A stretch of 44,499 nucleotides of DNA, taken from NCBI GenBank assembly GCA_002269645.1, contig NIVC01004485.1, forward strand, positions 1 through 44,499, in the 5' to 3' direction. Origin of the DNA: Macrostomum lignano (Eukaryota). Within the stretch, counting starts at the first letter, position 1. Each line of letters begins with the position of its first letter. Positions 10,784 through 20,811 of this stretch are shown piece after piece. Position numbers and translations under genes: made by a program. The notes under the pieces are model-generated. The model saw only the letters and a program-made list of their open reading frames with translations, did not search any database and was not told the DNA's origin.

Positions 10784-10957
10784 TATGGGTATTTTGTTGT
10801 ACTTTTTATTTGCAACTCAGTTTGTCATAAATTACCATAGACTAATTTCCTTTTACAGTTCTTTCTCGCAGTTAAGTTTCTCGCCCCAAGCCCTCTCGTC
10901 TTTAACTCATAAAATATATTGCAATTCGAATCTAAGTCAAGTTGTAGTTTCACTACA
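10784..10957 (+). repeat. 5' LTR (174 bp)
   Basis: TATGGGTATT...TTTCACTACA; matches 15819-15992. It starts TA rather than the canonical TG. Confidence 0.95.
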
Positions 10958-10960
10958 AAT

Positions 10961-10976
10961 TGGTCCGGTGAGGCGG
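10961..10976 (+). promoter_or_regulatory. Primer-binding site
   Basis: TGGTCCGGTGAGGCGG lies 3 nt after the LTR. TGG-T-CC fits a tRNA with an A discriminator and a C1:G72 pair (tRNA-Tyr-like), but the primer identity is uncertain. Confidence 0.65.
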
Positions 10977-11022
10977 CGAAAGATATTACTCGCATACTCA
11001 ATACTCACAGAAGACAAATCCA

Positions 11023-11928
11023 ATGACGGACAGTGCAAGCAACAATTCCGCTCCTACACCACCTACAACCACGCAAGCCGCACCAAGTTCGGCCGCACCA
11101 GTGGTTACAACTGCAGTAGGAAACGCCGCCGACACCGCTATAGTCTCCCTGGCCCACCTGAAGCTGCCAATCTTCTATCGCAACAACCCGGAAGCATGGT
11201 TCCTCACGCTGGAGGCCCAGTTTATGCTCAACAGGGTGACCAACGAGACCGCCAAATTTTACCACCTAGTCTCTCATCTACCGGAGGATATCGCGGCTCT
11301 GCACTTGTCCGCTCAGACTCCAAAACAGTACGAACAACTGAAATCAGCGATTACATCGACTCTGCAAAAGTCCAAGCAGGAGAAGGTTTCGGAAGTATTG
11401 CAAGTCTCGGACCTCGGAGGAGACAAGCCATCAATCTTCATGCGCAAACTCCGGAGCAAGATGGAGCAGTGCCAGATACAGCCCGACGAGGATCTCCTCA
11501 AGGCCACTCTGATGCGCTGTCTTCCACAGGACCTTCGTATCGCACTGTCGGGATTCCAACAGCAGTCATCCCAGCAAATTTCCGAGATTGCTGACTCGAT
11601 GTTGGTCGTCAGAGGCCTTAGCTCTCCACCGCCAGCGACAGTTTGCCCAATTCAGCAGGCCGGTGCAGATCGGACACCCCAACAGCGCTTTGAGCAAGCT
11701 CCACACCGACAAGCACCTGGTAAGCCCACTGGAACAGACCCATTTAAGCCTGGCCAACGCCCCGTCGTTTGCCGCTCACACCTCTACTATGGCCGCCGTG
11801 CTCGGTCGTGTCGCCCCTGGTGCCAGTTTCCCAAGGACAGCTCGCGTCTGATCCGAGTGCTGCATCCCAATGAAAAAACGCCATCTCAGTCGCGTTCATC
11901 ATCACCTTCTCGACAGCCGGAAAACTAA
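11023..11928 (+). CDS. gag: Gag (301 aa)
   Basis: [16 protein letters not shown]-terminal motif and C-terminal [18 protein letters not shown] (CHCC) motif. Confidence 0.93.
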   Translation: MTDSASNNSAPTPPTTTQAAPSSAAPVVTTAVGNAADTAIVSLAHLKLPIFYRNNPEAWFLTLEAQFMLNRVTNETAKFYHLVSHLPEDIAALHLSAQTPKQYEQLKSAITSTLQKSKQEKVSEVLQVSDLGGDKPSIFMRKLRSKMEQCQIQPDEDLLKATLMRCLPQDLRIALSGFQQQSSQQISEIADSMLVVRGLSSPPPATVCPIQQAGADRTPQQRFEQAPHRQAPGKPTGTDPFKPGQRPVVCRSHLYYGRRARSCRPWCQFPKDSSRLIRVLHPNEKTPSQSRSSSPSRQPEN

Positions 11929-14900
11929 ATCGCACTGCGACCGAGGTCGCGGTGCGCAGTGCCGAGATACCATCGACCACCTGTTTGGAGTTAGATGTTA
12001 AAATCAACAATACCTACAGCAAGTTTCTTGTGGATACCGGAGCCTCGGTTTCCATTGTTCCACCTCACCTCGTTAACGCACTCGTTCAAGATACAAACGT
12101 TCGTTTAATTACTGCTACCGGAGCCGCCATACCAGTTCGCGGGTCGGTCCTACTGGATGTCTCAATCCGCGGTTTGCGTCGCGCCTTCCAGTGGACCTTC
12201 CTCGTGGCGTCAGTGGTGAAACCCATAATTGGTTACGATTTCTTGGCTCACCATGGGTTAGTTGTCGATTGTCAGCGCAAACACGTTCGAGACTCAGAAA
12301 CAGGACTGTCTACTGTTACCTTGTCAATTTCAAATGTTCATTGTGGCCCATTCACTGTGTCGGTAGAACTGCCACCCAACCTGGATTCTCGGACGAGTAC
12401 GCTGTTGACAAAGTTTGCAGATTGTTTTTCTTTCGTTGAAGGCGGAGCCCTTCCGCCAGCTTCAGAGGTCAAGCATGACACTGTTCACCGGCTAGACACT
12501 GGTAGTGGACAACCAATTCACTTGCGACCCCGGCAACTGCACCCTGCAAAACTACAGGCTGCAAAGCAGGAGTTTCAGCAGCTAATCGATGCTGGCTACC
12601 TCAGACCTTCCTCAAGCGCTTGGGCGTCACCCCTCCACATGGCACCCAAGGGAGCTGGCTGGCGTCCGTGCGGTGACTATCGCGAATTGAACAAACGAAC
12701 AAAGCCGGACAACTATCCGGTTCCACACATTCAAACATTCACTCGGTACCTACACGGAAGCACTGTGTTTTCAAAGTTAGACCTTGTTCGCGCCTTTCAT
12801 CAAATTCCAGTCGCCGAAGAGGATATTTGCAAAACCGCTATCACCACACCGTTTGGATTGTTCGAGTACACACGCATGCCCTTCGGCCTGAGGAATGCAG
12901 CACAAACATTTCAACGCTTCATCGACTCTGTTTTTCACGGACTGTCATTCGTCATCTCTTACATCGATGATGTCCTGATATTCTCAAAGACTCGTGAGGA
13001 CCACTACTCGCATTTGGAACAAGTTTTGGACCGCCTAAGAACACACGGCCTACAGGTTCATTTGAAGAAGTGCGAATTCTTTCAGTCCGAGGTAGATTTC
13101 CTTGGCCATCGCGTGACTCCTGAAGGAATAAAACCTCTCCAGAAGAAGATCCAAATAATCACTGACTGGCCGACACCCACGGATTCGAATGCACTTCGGC
13201 GCTTCCTCGGTGTCGTCGGTTTCTACCGTCGATTCGTTCCCAACTTTGCCGACTGCATCTGTCCGCTGCAAGACCTACTCACTGCATCACTACAGTCAGC
13301 AGGAAACTTCCAATGGACAGAGCAGCATCAGAAATCTTTCGAAAACATCAAACAAGCTCTCTCAGAGAGACTACTGCTGCATCATCCGGACCCCAACTGT
13401 ACTGCGTACCACCTGTACACTGATGCCTCAGCCGACTGTGTTGGTGCCGTTCTGCATCAAACCTCTTCAACCGGAACGTCACCTCTTGGCATGTTCAGCA
13501 AGAAGTTGTCGTCATCTCAAAGGATGTACAGCACGTTCGACCGAGAACTACTCGCGGCGTACCTGGCAGTGTTGCACTTCCGCAGCCTCATTGAAGGACT
13601 GAGCGTGACCTTGTTCACCGATCATAAACCACTAGCTCAGGCCTTCCACGCCAATCGCACCACTACGTCAGATCGCAATCAGCGCTACTTGACCGTCTTG
13701 TCCGAGTACGTGGCAGATGTCCAGTACATTCGCGGTGCAGACAACGTAATAGCTGATGCCCTTTCTCGACTGCCTGACTTCCCAGTGAATGATCACGTGT
13801 CCAACATCGCAACAGTCGCTGTAGTCGCTGCCCCATCAAGCCAATTCCCTGTTGATCTGCCCAGTATCGCTGAAGCACAACGACCGGAGTCGTTCTCAGC
13901 TGCACCAAATATTCGATCGTATTCTCTGGACAAAGACGTCGTCGTTTGGTGTGAGACGTCAACGCCGTATCCTCGCCCGATCATTCCGCCATCCCTCCGC
14001 GACGCCGTGATTGCTTCCTTCCATCGACTTGGTCATTTCGGCTACCGTAAAACAGCAAAACTCATCACAGAACGTTACTTTTGGCCCGGAATGCGCAAGT
14101 CCATCAAGACCTACTGCTGGAACTGCCAGGACTGCCAACGGAGTAAAGTCACTCGCCACACTGTCTCCCCGCAACAGGCCTTCGCATTACCATCAAATCG
14201 CTTTGAGGCGGTACACATCGATATTGTGGGACCACTTCCACCAGCTAATGCTACCACCTTTGGCCACCAGTCTGCTCGCTACCTTCTCACGATGGTCGAC
14301 CGCTCGACTGGCTGGCTAGAAGCTACACCACTGGAATCAATAACCGCGGAAGTAGTCGCCCATGCATTCGTCTCGTCTTGGGTCTCGCGCTACGGAGTGC
14401 CACTGTATGTAATCACTGATCGGGGGCGCCAGTTCGAATCAGAATTCTTTCACTCGGTCTCGTCATCAATTGGTTTTCATCGATTACGCACAACGGCCTA
14501 CCACCCTCAAACCAATGGCAGGGTCGAGCGAGCCCATCGCACCCTGAAGACGATGCTACGTGCTCGAGGCAATGACTGGCTGACAGACCTACCTGTGGCT
14601 CTCCTCGCGATGCACGTCGCACCTGACGACCAAGGAATATCACCGTTCACCAGGGTTACGGGCGAGCTTCCGATGGTTCCGCGCATTCTAACTTCTGAAC
14701 CACTCGCCCCAACGGACATTCGGACACGGCTGCAGGAACTGCTGACAGAGTTACCGAGTCCACACGCGAAGACGCACGAACCACGGAGCTACGTACCCAA
14801 GGACCTGGAAATGGCTGAATTCGTCTGGGTTCGGGTCGATCGCGTGCGGTCGCCGCTCGAGGCGCCGTACTCAGGGCCGTATCGCGTGAAACAGCGAACT

Positions 14901-15068
14901 GACAAGTTCTTCGTTATTTTCCTACCGTCAGGCAACACCGAATCTGTCTCTATCGATCGCCTCAAGCCGGCGCGACTTTCGCTTCCGAAGTCGGCTGTTC
15001 AAGTCGGCTGGCAGGGTCGAGCGAGCCCATCGCACCCTGAAGACGATGCTACGTGCTCGAGGCAATGA
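11919..15068 (+). CDS. pol: Pol polyprotein (protease, RT, RNase H, integrase), probably reached by a -1 frameshift; C-terminus altered by an internal duplication
   Basis: [10 protein letters not shown]; RT YIDDVLI; RH YTDAS...DRELLA...TDHKPL; IN zinc finger H-H-C-C, HIDIVG / ITDRGRQFE / VERAHR, and GPY motif. The frame is open from 11919 ([14 protein letters not shown]...). Confidence 0.96.
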   Translation, partial: GKLNRTATEVAVRSAEIPSTTCLELDVKINNTYSKFLVDTGASVSIVPPHLVNALVQDTNVRLITATGAAIPVRGSVLLDVSIRGLRRAFQWTFLVASVVKPIIGYDFLAHHGLVVDCQRKHVRDSETGLSTVTLSISNVHCGPFTVSVELPPNLDSRTSTLLTKFADCFSFVEGGALPPASEVKHDTVHRLDTGSGQPIHLRPRQLHPAKLQAAKQEFQQLIDAGYLRPSSSAWASPLHMAPKGAGWRPCGDYRELNKRTKPDNYPVPHIQTFTRYLHGSTVFSKLDLVRAFHQIPVAEEDICKTAITTPFGLFEYTRMPFGLRNAAQTFQRFIDSVFHGLSFVISYIDDVLIFSKTREDHYSHLEQVLDRLRTHGLQVHLKKCEFFQSEVDFLGHRVTPEGIKPLQKKIQIITDWPTPTDSNALRRFLGVVGFYRRFVPNFADCICPLQDLLTASLQSAGNFQWTEQHQKSFENIKQALSERLLLHHPDPNCTAYHLYTDASADCVGAVLHQTSSTGTSPLGMFSKKLSSSQRMYSTFDRELLAAYLAVLHFRSLIEGLSVTLFTDHKPLAQAFHANRTTTSDRNQRYLTVLSEYVADVQYIRGADNVIADALSRLPDFPVNDHVSNIATVAVVAAPSSQFPVDLPSIAEAQRPESFSAAPNIRSYSLDKDVVVWCETSTPYPRPIIPPSLRDAVIASFHRLGHFGYRKTAKLITERYFWPGMRKSIKTYCWNCQDCQRSKVTRHTVSPQQAFALPSNRFEAVHIDIVGPLPPANATTFGHQSARYLLTMVDRSTGWLEATPLESITAEVVAHAFVSSWVSRYGVPLYVITDRGRQFESEFFHSVSSSIGFHRLRTTAYHPQTNGRVERAHRTLKTMLRARGNDWLTDLPVALLAMHVAPDDQGISPFTRVTGELPMVPRILTSEPLAPTDIRTRLQELLTELPSPHAKTHEPRSYVPKDLEMAEFVWVRVDRVRSPLEAPYSGPYRVKQRTDKFFVIFLPSGNTESVSIDRLKPARLSLPKSAVQVGWQGRASPSHPEDDATCSRQ

Positions 15069-15494
15069 CTGGCTGACAGACCTACCTGTGGCTCTCCTCG
15101 CGATGCACGTCGCACCTGACGACCAAGGAATATCACCGTTCACCAGGGTTACGGGCGAGCTTCCGATGGTTCCGCGCATTCTAACTTCTGAACCACTCGC
15201 CCCAACGGACATTCGGACACGGCTGCAGGAACTGCTGACAGAGTTACCGAGTCCACACGCGAAGACGCACGAACCACGGAGCTACGTACCCAAGGACCTG
15301 GAAATGGCTGAATTCGTCTGGGTTCGGGTCGATCGCGTGCGGTCGCCGCTCGAGGCGCCGTACTCAGGGCCGTATCGCGTGAAACAGCGAACTGACAAGT
15401 TCTTCGTTATTTTCCTACCGTCAGGCAACACCGAATCTGTCTCTATCGATCGCCTCAAGCCGGCGCGACTTTCGCTTCCGAAGTCGGCTGTTCA
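14516..15494 (+). repeat. Tandem duplication (493-bp period) of the integrase 3' region
   Basis: 14516-15001 is repeated at 15009-15494 with a 7-bp linker AGTCGGC. Track ORF 15046-15624 is the second copy plus the original C-terminal tail. Confidence 0.93.
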
Positions 15495-15804
15495 GCCGGC
15501 CGCGAACTCGCTGCCGGAAAAAGCCGCCAAACCAAAGGAACCGGTGGACTCATCACCTCCTAGAGCGACCTCTAGCGGCCGCCGAGTCCAATTCCGACGC
15601 CATAATGATTACATTTATTATTAACCTTGTAATGTATAACGTCTACTGACTGCTGTTCCAATGTTCTCAATATTTCTCAATGTTCAACCCTTCATATAAA
15701 ATTTAGCTCGTATTTCAACTGTATAACCGCTTCGTTTCAATAATTTAAGCCATTCCACCATTTTATAATTCAGTTACAGTCTCTTTTCCCCGTGCTCCGC
15801 AATT

Positions 15805-15815
15805 GGAGGGGGGAG
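15805..15815 (+). promoter_or_regulatory. Polypurine tract
   Basis: GGAGGGGGGAG just upstream of the 3' LTR. Confidence 0.85.
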
Positions 15816-15818
15816 TCG

Positions 15819-15992
15819 TATGGGTATTTTGTTGTACTTTTTATTTGCAACTCAGTTTGTCATAAATTACCATAGACTAATTTCCTTTTACAGTTCTTTC
15901 TCGCAGTTAAGTTTCTCGCCCCAAGCCCTCTCGTCTTTAACTCATAAAATATATTGCAATTCGAATCTAAGTCAAGTTGTAGTTTCACTACA
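15819..15992 (+). repeat. 3' LTR (174 bp)
   Basis: Appears identical to 10784-10957; followed by the TSD CCCT. Confidence 0.95.
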
Positions 15993-16288
15993 CCCTCAAT
16001 GTCAGAAAGTTTGAATTTTGGTTCATCGTCGTCCTCATATTGCTCATATGCTCTTAACATTCTAAATAAAATATCTTTTTTTAGTTTGTTTTTTAATCCA
16101 TGTTTAAGAAATTCATAATATTTTATTCTAGGTCTATTTGTATATATTATTAAATTATTATAATCTAACATTCCATTGGTTGTTAATAAATCATAAACAA
16201 AGTGTGTTTTTCCTTTACCTGATCCTCCAACAACTAAACAAAGAAAAGGGTCGTTGGGAAATATTTTATTATGTTTTGGCTTTACCAT
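15993..16288 (-). pseudogene. A32/FtsK-like packaging ATPase, N-terminal part
   Basis: Walker A CLVVGGSGKGKT. Excising the retrotransposon and one CCCT restores LSDIEG|LCRET and a 256-aa ORF. Confidence 0.93.
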
Positions 16289-16308
16289 TTTTTAAGGAAA
16301 TAAATTAA

Positions 16309-17790
16309 CTAACTTTTTCCTATGGGGGCGTCCTGAACAACGGTGCCGTCGGCTTTAGCAATCGCCATATACTCCTCTAGAAACAATGCGTGGGCGTCTA
16401 CTGCCTGATTTCCAGTTTTATTAATCTCCAACATATAATTCAAACCAATATTTGCTACATTTGCTTTCTGTGCGGTTAGATCAAAAACAACCACGGGGTG
16501 AATGTTTAGAAACTCTGTGGGAGTATATTGAGGAATGGCGTAGGCTTCGTTTTTGACGTAATCCTGATAATATTTTATAAAATCATTAACATCATTATTT
16601 CCAACATTTAGATTAAGGGGGTTTTTAACAGGATAATATTGATCATCAACCTGCAGTCGGATGTTCTGAAGATTAAATGTGTTAATCGCCGAAAGCGCGT
16701 TGTCACTTGCGGTGGCTGCTTGAGCTGCTACATCACCAGATTGAAGCCAATATAAATCACCGTTTCCTCTTTTGCTAGTTCTGTTTGGTATTTTAAACCA
16801 AATAAAAATATACCTCACCCGACGTTTTGTTTGTATGATTTGCCACTGGAATGAATCCTGATTGTTATTAATGGTTCGCATAAAGTGGCGGCGATTCAAA
16901 TAAAATATATCCTGGTCTAACATTATCTGATCATCAATATGTTTTAAAAGCGGAGCAGTTACCTCGATAGTTGGCACAACTAATTTAATCGAAACAATTC
17001 GAACTGCAATATCGGTTGAGGTTGAACTTCCAAAAAGTATCCTGGGCTGATATCCACCAGATATTTGCAGTTGTACCCCAAATTTTAATCCCTTCCATAC
17101 CCGATTTGGTGAGAAAAACCCAAATAGTGGAAAGATTGAAAAGTCTTCCTCATAAGCGGTTGCTGTGGTTAAAACCGCGACTGGGAATTTATTCCGACGG
17201 TCTATAAAACCAGTGTTTATATTTTTGGTGTTGGTTAGATCCGTTACAACCGGAACTATATTATTATTTAAATAATTAATAAGAGCTGCGGTGTCTGCGC
17301 CAGCTGCTGGTGTTATTTGGGGAAAAATCCATGGTCTACCATCTCCCTTATCAGGCATCCATCCAACGTTATCACCAACCTGTTTTGATAAATATGTATA
17401 ATTTAAATGTTTCAAAACTCCATTAATCTCTGCTGGGTTTGTAGCCGTCTCAACCTCGGCTCCGTTAATGGTTAGTTGTGCTTGGGAAAAACATTTATAA
17501 AACCAATCATTTTCTATAATAATGCCAGCGCGATCAGCGATATCGGGGGCTGTAAGGGCTGTTCCATCGTTTCTGGTATACAACCACCTAACTCGGAAAA
17601 ACGCATTTTTCATATCCAATATGCTGCTGGTTGCACCAATGTCAAAAGTTACTGTTCCCGTTGTAAAGTTATTTGAATTATCGCTTGTTGGTTGGGTGTA
17701 ATTTAAATCTCTTGATCTGACCTCATTGATATACTGTCGTTGTTTTTTGAAATGAAATTTATCACTCCAAATGGTTTTTGTCTCGGCCAT
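16309..17790 (-). CDS. Major capsid protein (double jelly-roll, Polinton PY/hexon-like), 493 aa, intact
   Basis: Size, beta-rich pattern (VTFDI...LDMKNAFFRVR...ENDWFYKCFSQAQLTINGAEVE...) and position beside the ATPase and penton. Confidence 0.88.
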   Translation of the reverse strand: MAETKTIWSDKFHFKKQRQYINEVRSRDLNYTQPTSDNSNNFTTGTVTFDIGATSSILDMKNAFFRVRWLYTRNDGTALTAPDIADRAGIIIENDWFYKCFSQAQLTINGAEVETATNPAEINGVLKHLNYTYLSKQVGDNVGWMPDKGDGRPWIFPQITPAAGADTAALINYLNNNIVPVVTDLTNTKNINTGFIDRRNKFPVAVLTTATAYEEDFSIFPLFGFFSPNRVWKGLKFGVQLQISGGYQPRILFGSSTSTDIAVRIVSIKLVVPTIEVTAPLLKHIDDQIMLDQDIFYLNRRHFMRTINNNQDSFQWQIIQTKRRVRYIFIWFKIPNRTSKRGNGDLYWLQSGDVAAQAATASDNALSAINTFNLQNIRLQVDDQYYPVKNPLNLNVGNNDVNDFIKYYQDYVKNEAYAIPQYTPTEFLNIHPVVVFDLTAQKANVANIGLNYMLEINKTGNQAVDAHALFLEEYMAIAKADGTVVQDAPIGKS

Positions 17791-17824
17791 TTTTATAGGT
17801 TAAAAAAGTTTTTTATGTTAAAAA

Positions 17825-18508
17825 ATGAGTCAGTTTATGGACGTTGATGGAGAGTTGGCGATTTATAAAGAGAAGCAAAGATATTCTGATTTTGTTAGAG
17901 ATTTACAAAAAAGAAAGCTAGGAATACAGTTAGCTGGCGAAAAATTTGCTGCTCCTTTTGTTAATCCTATTACGGGGAAAATTAGTGAATTAACAAAAAC
18001 TGATAAAGACCTTCTTGAAAAAATAGCAAAGAATACGGAGCCAAAAGAGGAAGATATTGTGGAGGATGAGCCGCCTACTTATGATGAGGCACGGGCTGTT
18101 TTGAGAGTTGCAGAGATTAGAGCTGCGGAACGTGGTGGTGATATTGAGCGATTTCAAAGAGGTGCGCCAGCGAGTGTTGCTGTTATAAATTTAGGGAATG
18201 ATAATTATCGGGTTGGTACTAGGGTTACAAAAAGTCGGGATGATTTATATATAGAGTTGGGTGGAGCATTTAATATTGTTACAAACCCTAGTGTAAAGTT
18301 TAATCCTGATTTATATACTCGGGACGAATTAATAAGTGCTAAAATTTTTTATGATGATTTGGGTGAAAGTGCTGTTAAAAGAACTAGATTGTATAAGCAT
18401 ATTGTTGATTCCATAAATAATAAAAGGGCTGTTGGGCAAGGATTAAAGACTCCGCGAAAACTTGTTTTAGCCGCTGCCAAAGCTGCCGGACATACTGGAA
18501 TTAATTAA
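17825..18508 (+). CDS. Polinton conserved hypothetical, possible core protein (227 aa)
   Basis: Intact ORF with TAAAAAATG start; N-terminal helix with FAAPFVNPI and a basic tail after AVGQGL. Confidence 0.7.
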   Translation: MSQFMDVDGELAIYKEKQRYSDFVRDLQKRKLGIQLAGEKFAAPFVNPITGKISELTKTDKDLLEKIAKNTEPKEEDIVEDEPPTYDEARAVLRVAEIRAAERGGDIERFQRGAPASVAVINLGNDNYRVGTRVTKSRDDLYIELGGAFNIVTNPSVKFNPDLYTRDELISAKIFYDDLGESAVKRTRLYKHIVDSINNKRAVGQGLKTPRKLVLAAAKAAGHTGIN

Positions 18509-18532
18509 TTTGTTAAATTTGTTTTTTATAAA

Positions 18533-19085
18533 ATGGATATAGCAATAAAAAGACACCTTTGTAAACCCATTTGTGAAAAGATTGGATCAGATAGAATACT
18601 AAATAAAATATTTCAAGATGATTTAATAATTGCAAACCGTATTAAAACTATTCAAATGAGGCTTGGATCTCTTTATGAATTATTAGCTATTGAATATTTT
18701 GGTTTTGAAAAAATAAATAGAATTGATTTAATTCATACTAAAAGAAAAGTTGCGTTAGAGTTAAAATCGTCTGATAATACAGATCAGATAATATATTAGT
18801 CTGATAATATCGAGTCGATTTAGAAATATTCAGAAGTTATTAGAATTTAGATATGTCAATCCCGAATTTGATTTATATTATATTTGCATTAATAACACCA
18901 CTAAAAATCCTGTACATAAAGTATTTGATAATGGTGTTACTCTGTTAACTGGGGAATTTGCTTTAAAATTTTTATATGGTGATCAATATTTGGAAATAAT
19001 TAAACTCATTGAAAATTGTTTTTTAGACATTAAAAATGAACCAAACAACGTTCGCGATCCGAAGGAACGACCAACTTGTGTATGA
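18533..19085 (+). pseudogene. PD-(D/E)xK restriction-endonuclease-like protein (Eco47II-like), disrupted near 18790
   Basis: QMRLGSLYE...RIDL...VALELKSSDNTD, then after a TCTGATAATA micro-duplication it continues SRFRNIQKLLEFRYVNPEFDLYYICIN...LLTGEFALKFLYG...CV* (TGA 19083-19085). Confidence 0.6.
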
Positions 19086-20648
19086 AGGTGGCTTGTTGGA
19101 TGTTCAAAAAGGATTAACAAGCTTACCAAGCGTTTTTACTAGTGGGAAGTATACAAATGAATTACACATTCCAGGGTACTCGTTTGCAGGTTATCCGTGG
19201 CCTGAGTGAGGAAGTCAATGTCCTTGCTAGTCACTATTAGTGGCGACATCTTCAAATTGCGTGAAACCCGTCATACAGCTTCAAGTCCACTTCAATTGAG
19301 AAATCTTTTGAAGGAACAGAGGTAACTCCTCTTCCCAAAGGTAACAAGCTTGAAGACAAGGTGGCAATGCGCAGCCAAGCTCCTAAGTCCGTCCGGTGGC
19401 CGATATGGAGAAGGTTCAGAGAGCAGACGGAGATGGGTGGTAATTTAGCCGTTTAAGGTGTGCTCCAGCCTCTATCGAAAGATTGGGGGTAAACTACCCG
19501 GGACAAGATTGGATTTGAGATTAAATCCAGATGGAACTCCAAAAGCAGATTCAATTTCCATTAACGGAATTGATTGGTTAGCATATTATCATGACTTAGC
19601 ATACAGAGATGCTGATAAGAACTCTCCTGAGGAAGCATTAAGATTAAAGCATGAAGCCGATAGAAAAATGATTGAAGGATTAGATAATCTGCAAGAATTG
19701 TCGGTTGGCCAAAGATTAACTCGGTGGATGGTTAAAAAGATTTTGCAGTCTAAAGTTAAATTTGGTTTGGGAATTAATTATAATCAACATGGAAATAATT
19801 GTGTTGAGTGTTTGCTATTAAGTGGTGGTGGGTTAAGTTCTGATGAGGCAAAGATTCTTCACAAAGAATACCGAAAACCGAAATTTTACAGAAAGATCAT
19901 GAACTTTAAAAAGAATGAAATTTGGTATGCTGATTTAATGGCTATGCCGTCCGATCGGGGATATAAATATATTTTAACTATATTAGATGGTTTTACTCGA
20001 TATGCGTGGGCTGTTCCTTTGAAGTCCAAAAAAGGAGACGAGGTTGCTTCTGCTTTTAGAAGTATTGGAGAAAAAAGTGAACGTTTATGTGTTGATGAAG
20101 GAAAGGAATTTTATAATCCACATATGTATAAATTATATCATTTTGAAAAAGGAAAAGAAAGGAAAAAGGACGCTAATGGGGAGTATATTAATAAGATTTA
20201 TTCTATTTATGGCGAAAGCAAAAACGCTTTAATAGAAAGATTTAATCGAACTTTAGGTAAGAAATTGTGGTTTGAGTTTAGGCTTAATGGTAACCAAAAA
20301 TGGGTAAAGATATTATTAGACGTAGTGAAAGATTATAATAATTCATTTCATTCGGCTATAAATATGACTCCGCAACAAGCTTATAACAATCCTGAAAAAG
20401 TTAAAGTTACTTTTGGAGAATTTGAAAAAAAGAAAAATAAACCTTTTAAAGTTGGTGATTCTGTTTATATCTATAAATGGAAAGATAAGTTTGAAAAGGG
20501 AAGAAAAGGATATTAGAAAATAAGTGAGAAATTTTCTGTTAGTAAAGTTTTAAATACAAATCCTACAACCTATATCATTGCTGATAAAGATGGTGAAGAA
20601 ATATTGGGTTCGTTTTATGAAAGCCAATTACTTAAGGCAACAAGGTAG
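19036..20648 (+). pseudogene. Parvovirus-type phospholipase A2 domain fused to a Polinton RVE (DDE) integrase; split by a 305-bp insertion and a TAG
   Basis: ATG 19036 gives ...ELHIPGYSFAG|PGTRLDLRL...YYHDLAY...HEAD (PLA2 Ca-loop and HD). Integrase motifs WYADL, LCVDEGKEF, IERFNRTL. The TAG at 20514-20516 sits at a conserved Trp and the frame continues KISEKF...PTTYII.D..GEEILGSFYESQLLK to 20648. Repaired length is about 435 aa. Confidence 0.92.
19191..19495. other. Unclassified 305-bp insertion
   Basis: More GC-rich than its flanks; splits the Gly codon of FAG|PGT; removing it restores the frame. No TSD or TIR evident. Confidence 0.8.
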
Positions 20649-20795
20649 TAATTTTTTTATAACAAACAAAAGTAATATTATTACTATTGTAGCTACTAAT
20701 ATCATTATTGACATTTGTTCAACTGTTACCAAACTTAAATTTTCATGAAGTTCTTTAACTGGAACTTTGCCAATGTAGGAATAATTTATGTTCAT
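20628..20795 (-). CDS. Small single-TM hypothetical protein
   Basis: Probable start MNINYSY (CTAAAAAAATG); hydrophobic MSIMILVATIVIILLLFVI followed by KK. Confidence 0.55.
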   Translation of the reverse strand: MNINYSYIGKVPVKELHENLSLVTVEQMSIMILVATIVIILLLFVIKKLLPCCLK

Positions 20796-20811
20796 TTTTT
20801 TAGTTATATTT

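Larger units (their letters stand above)
10784..15992 (+). mobile_element. Ty3/gypsy LTR retrotransposon, CsRn1-like clade, inserted in the Polinton ATPase
   Basis: Two 174-bp LTRs that appear identical, 4-bp TSD CCCT (10780-10783 / 15993-15996), PBS, PPT, CHCC-type Gag, and pol in the -1 frame with the order PR-RT-RH-IN. Confidence 0.97.

Noticed and set aside
10785-11594. 269-aa ORF starting in the LTR (and its twin at 15820-16014)
   Set aside because: Alternative-frame read-through of LTR and gag with no motifs.
6814-15068. Diversity-generating retroelement (lectin-tipped fibre plus a nearby RT)
   Set aside because: The RT is part of an ordinary LTR-bounded Ty3/gypsy pol. I found no template/variable repeat pair, and the lectin looks ConA-like rather than C-type.
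15046-15624. Third retroelement gene (env-like ORF3)
   Set aside because: It is the duplicated integrase tail.
19189-19497. The 305-bp insert as a spliceosomal intron
   Set aside because: GCAG|GTTATC could be a weak donor, but there is no AG acceptor at the position needed to restore GPGT.
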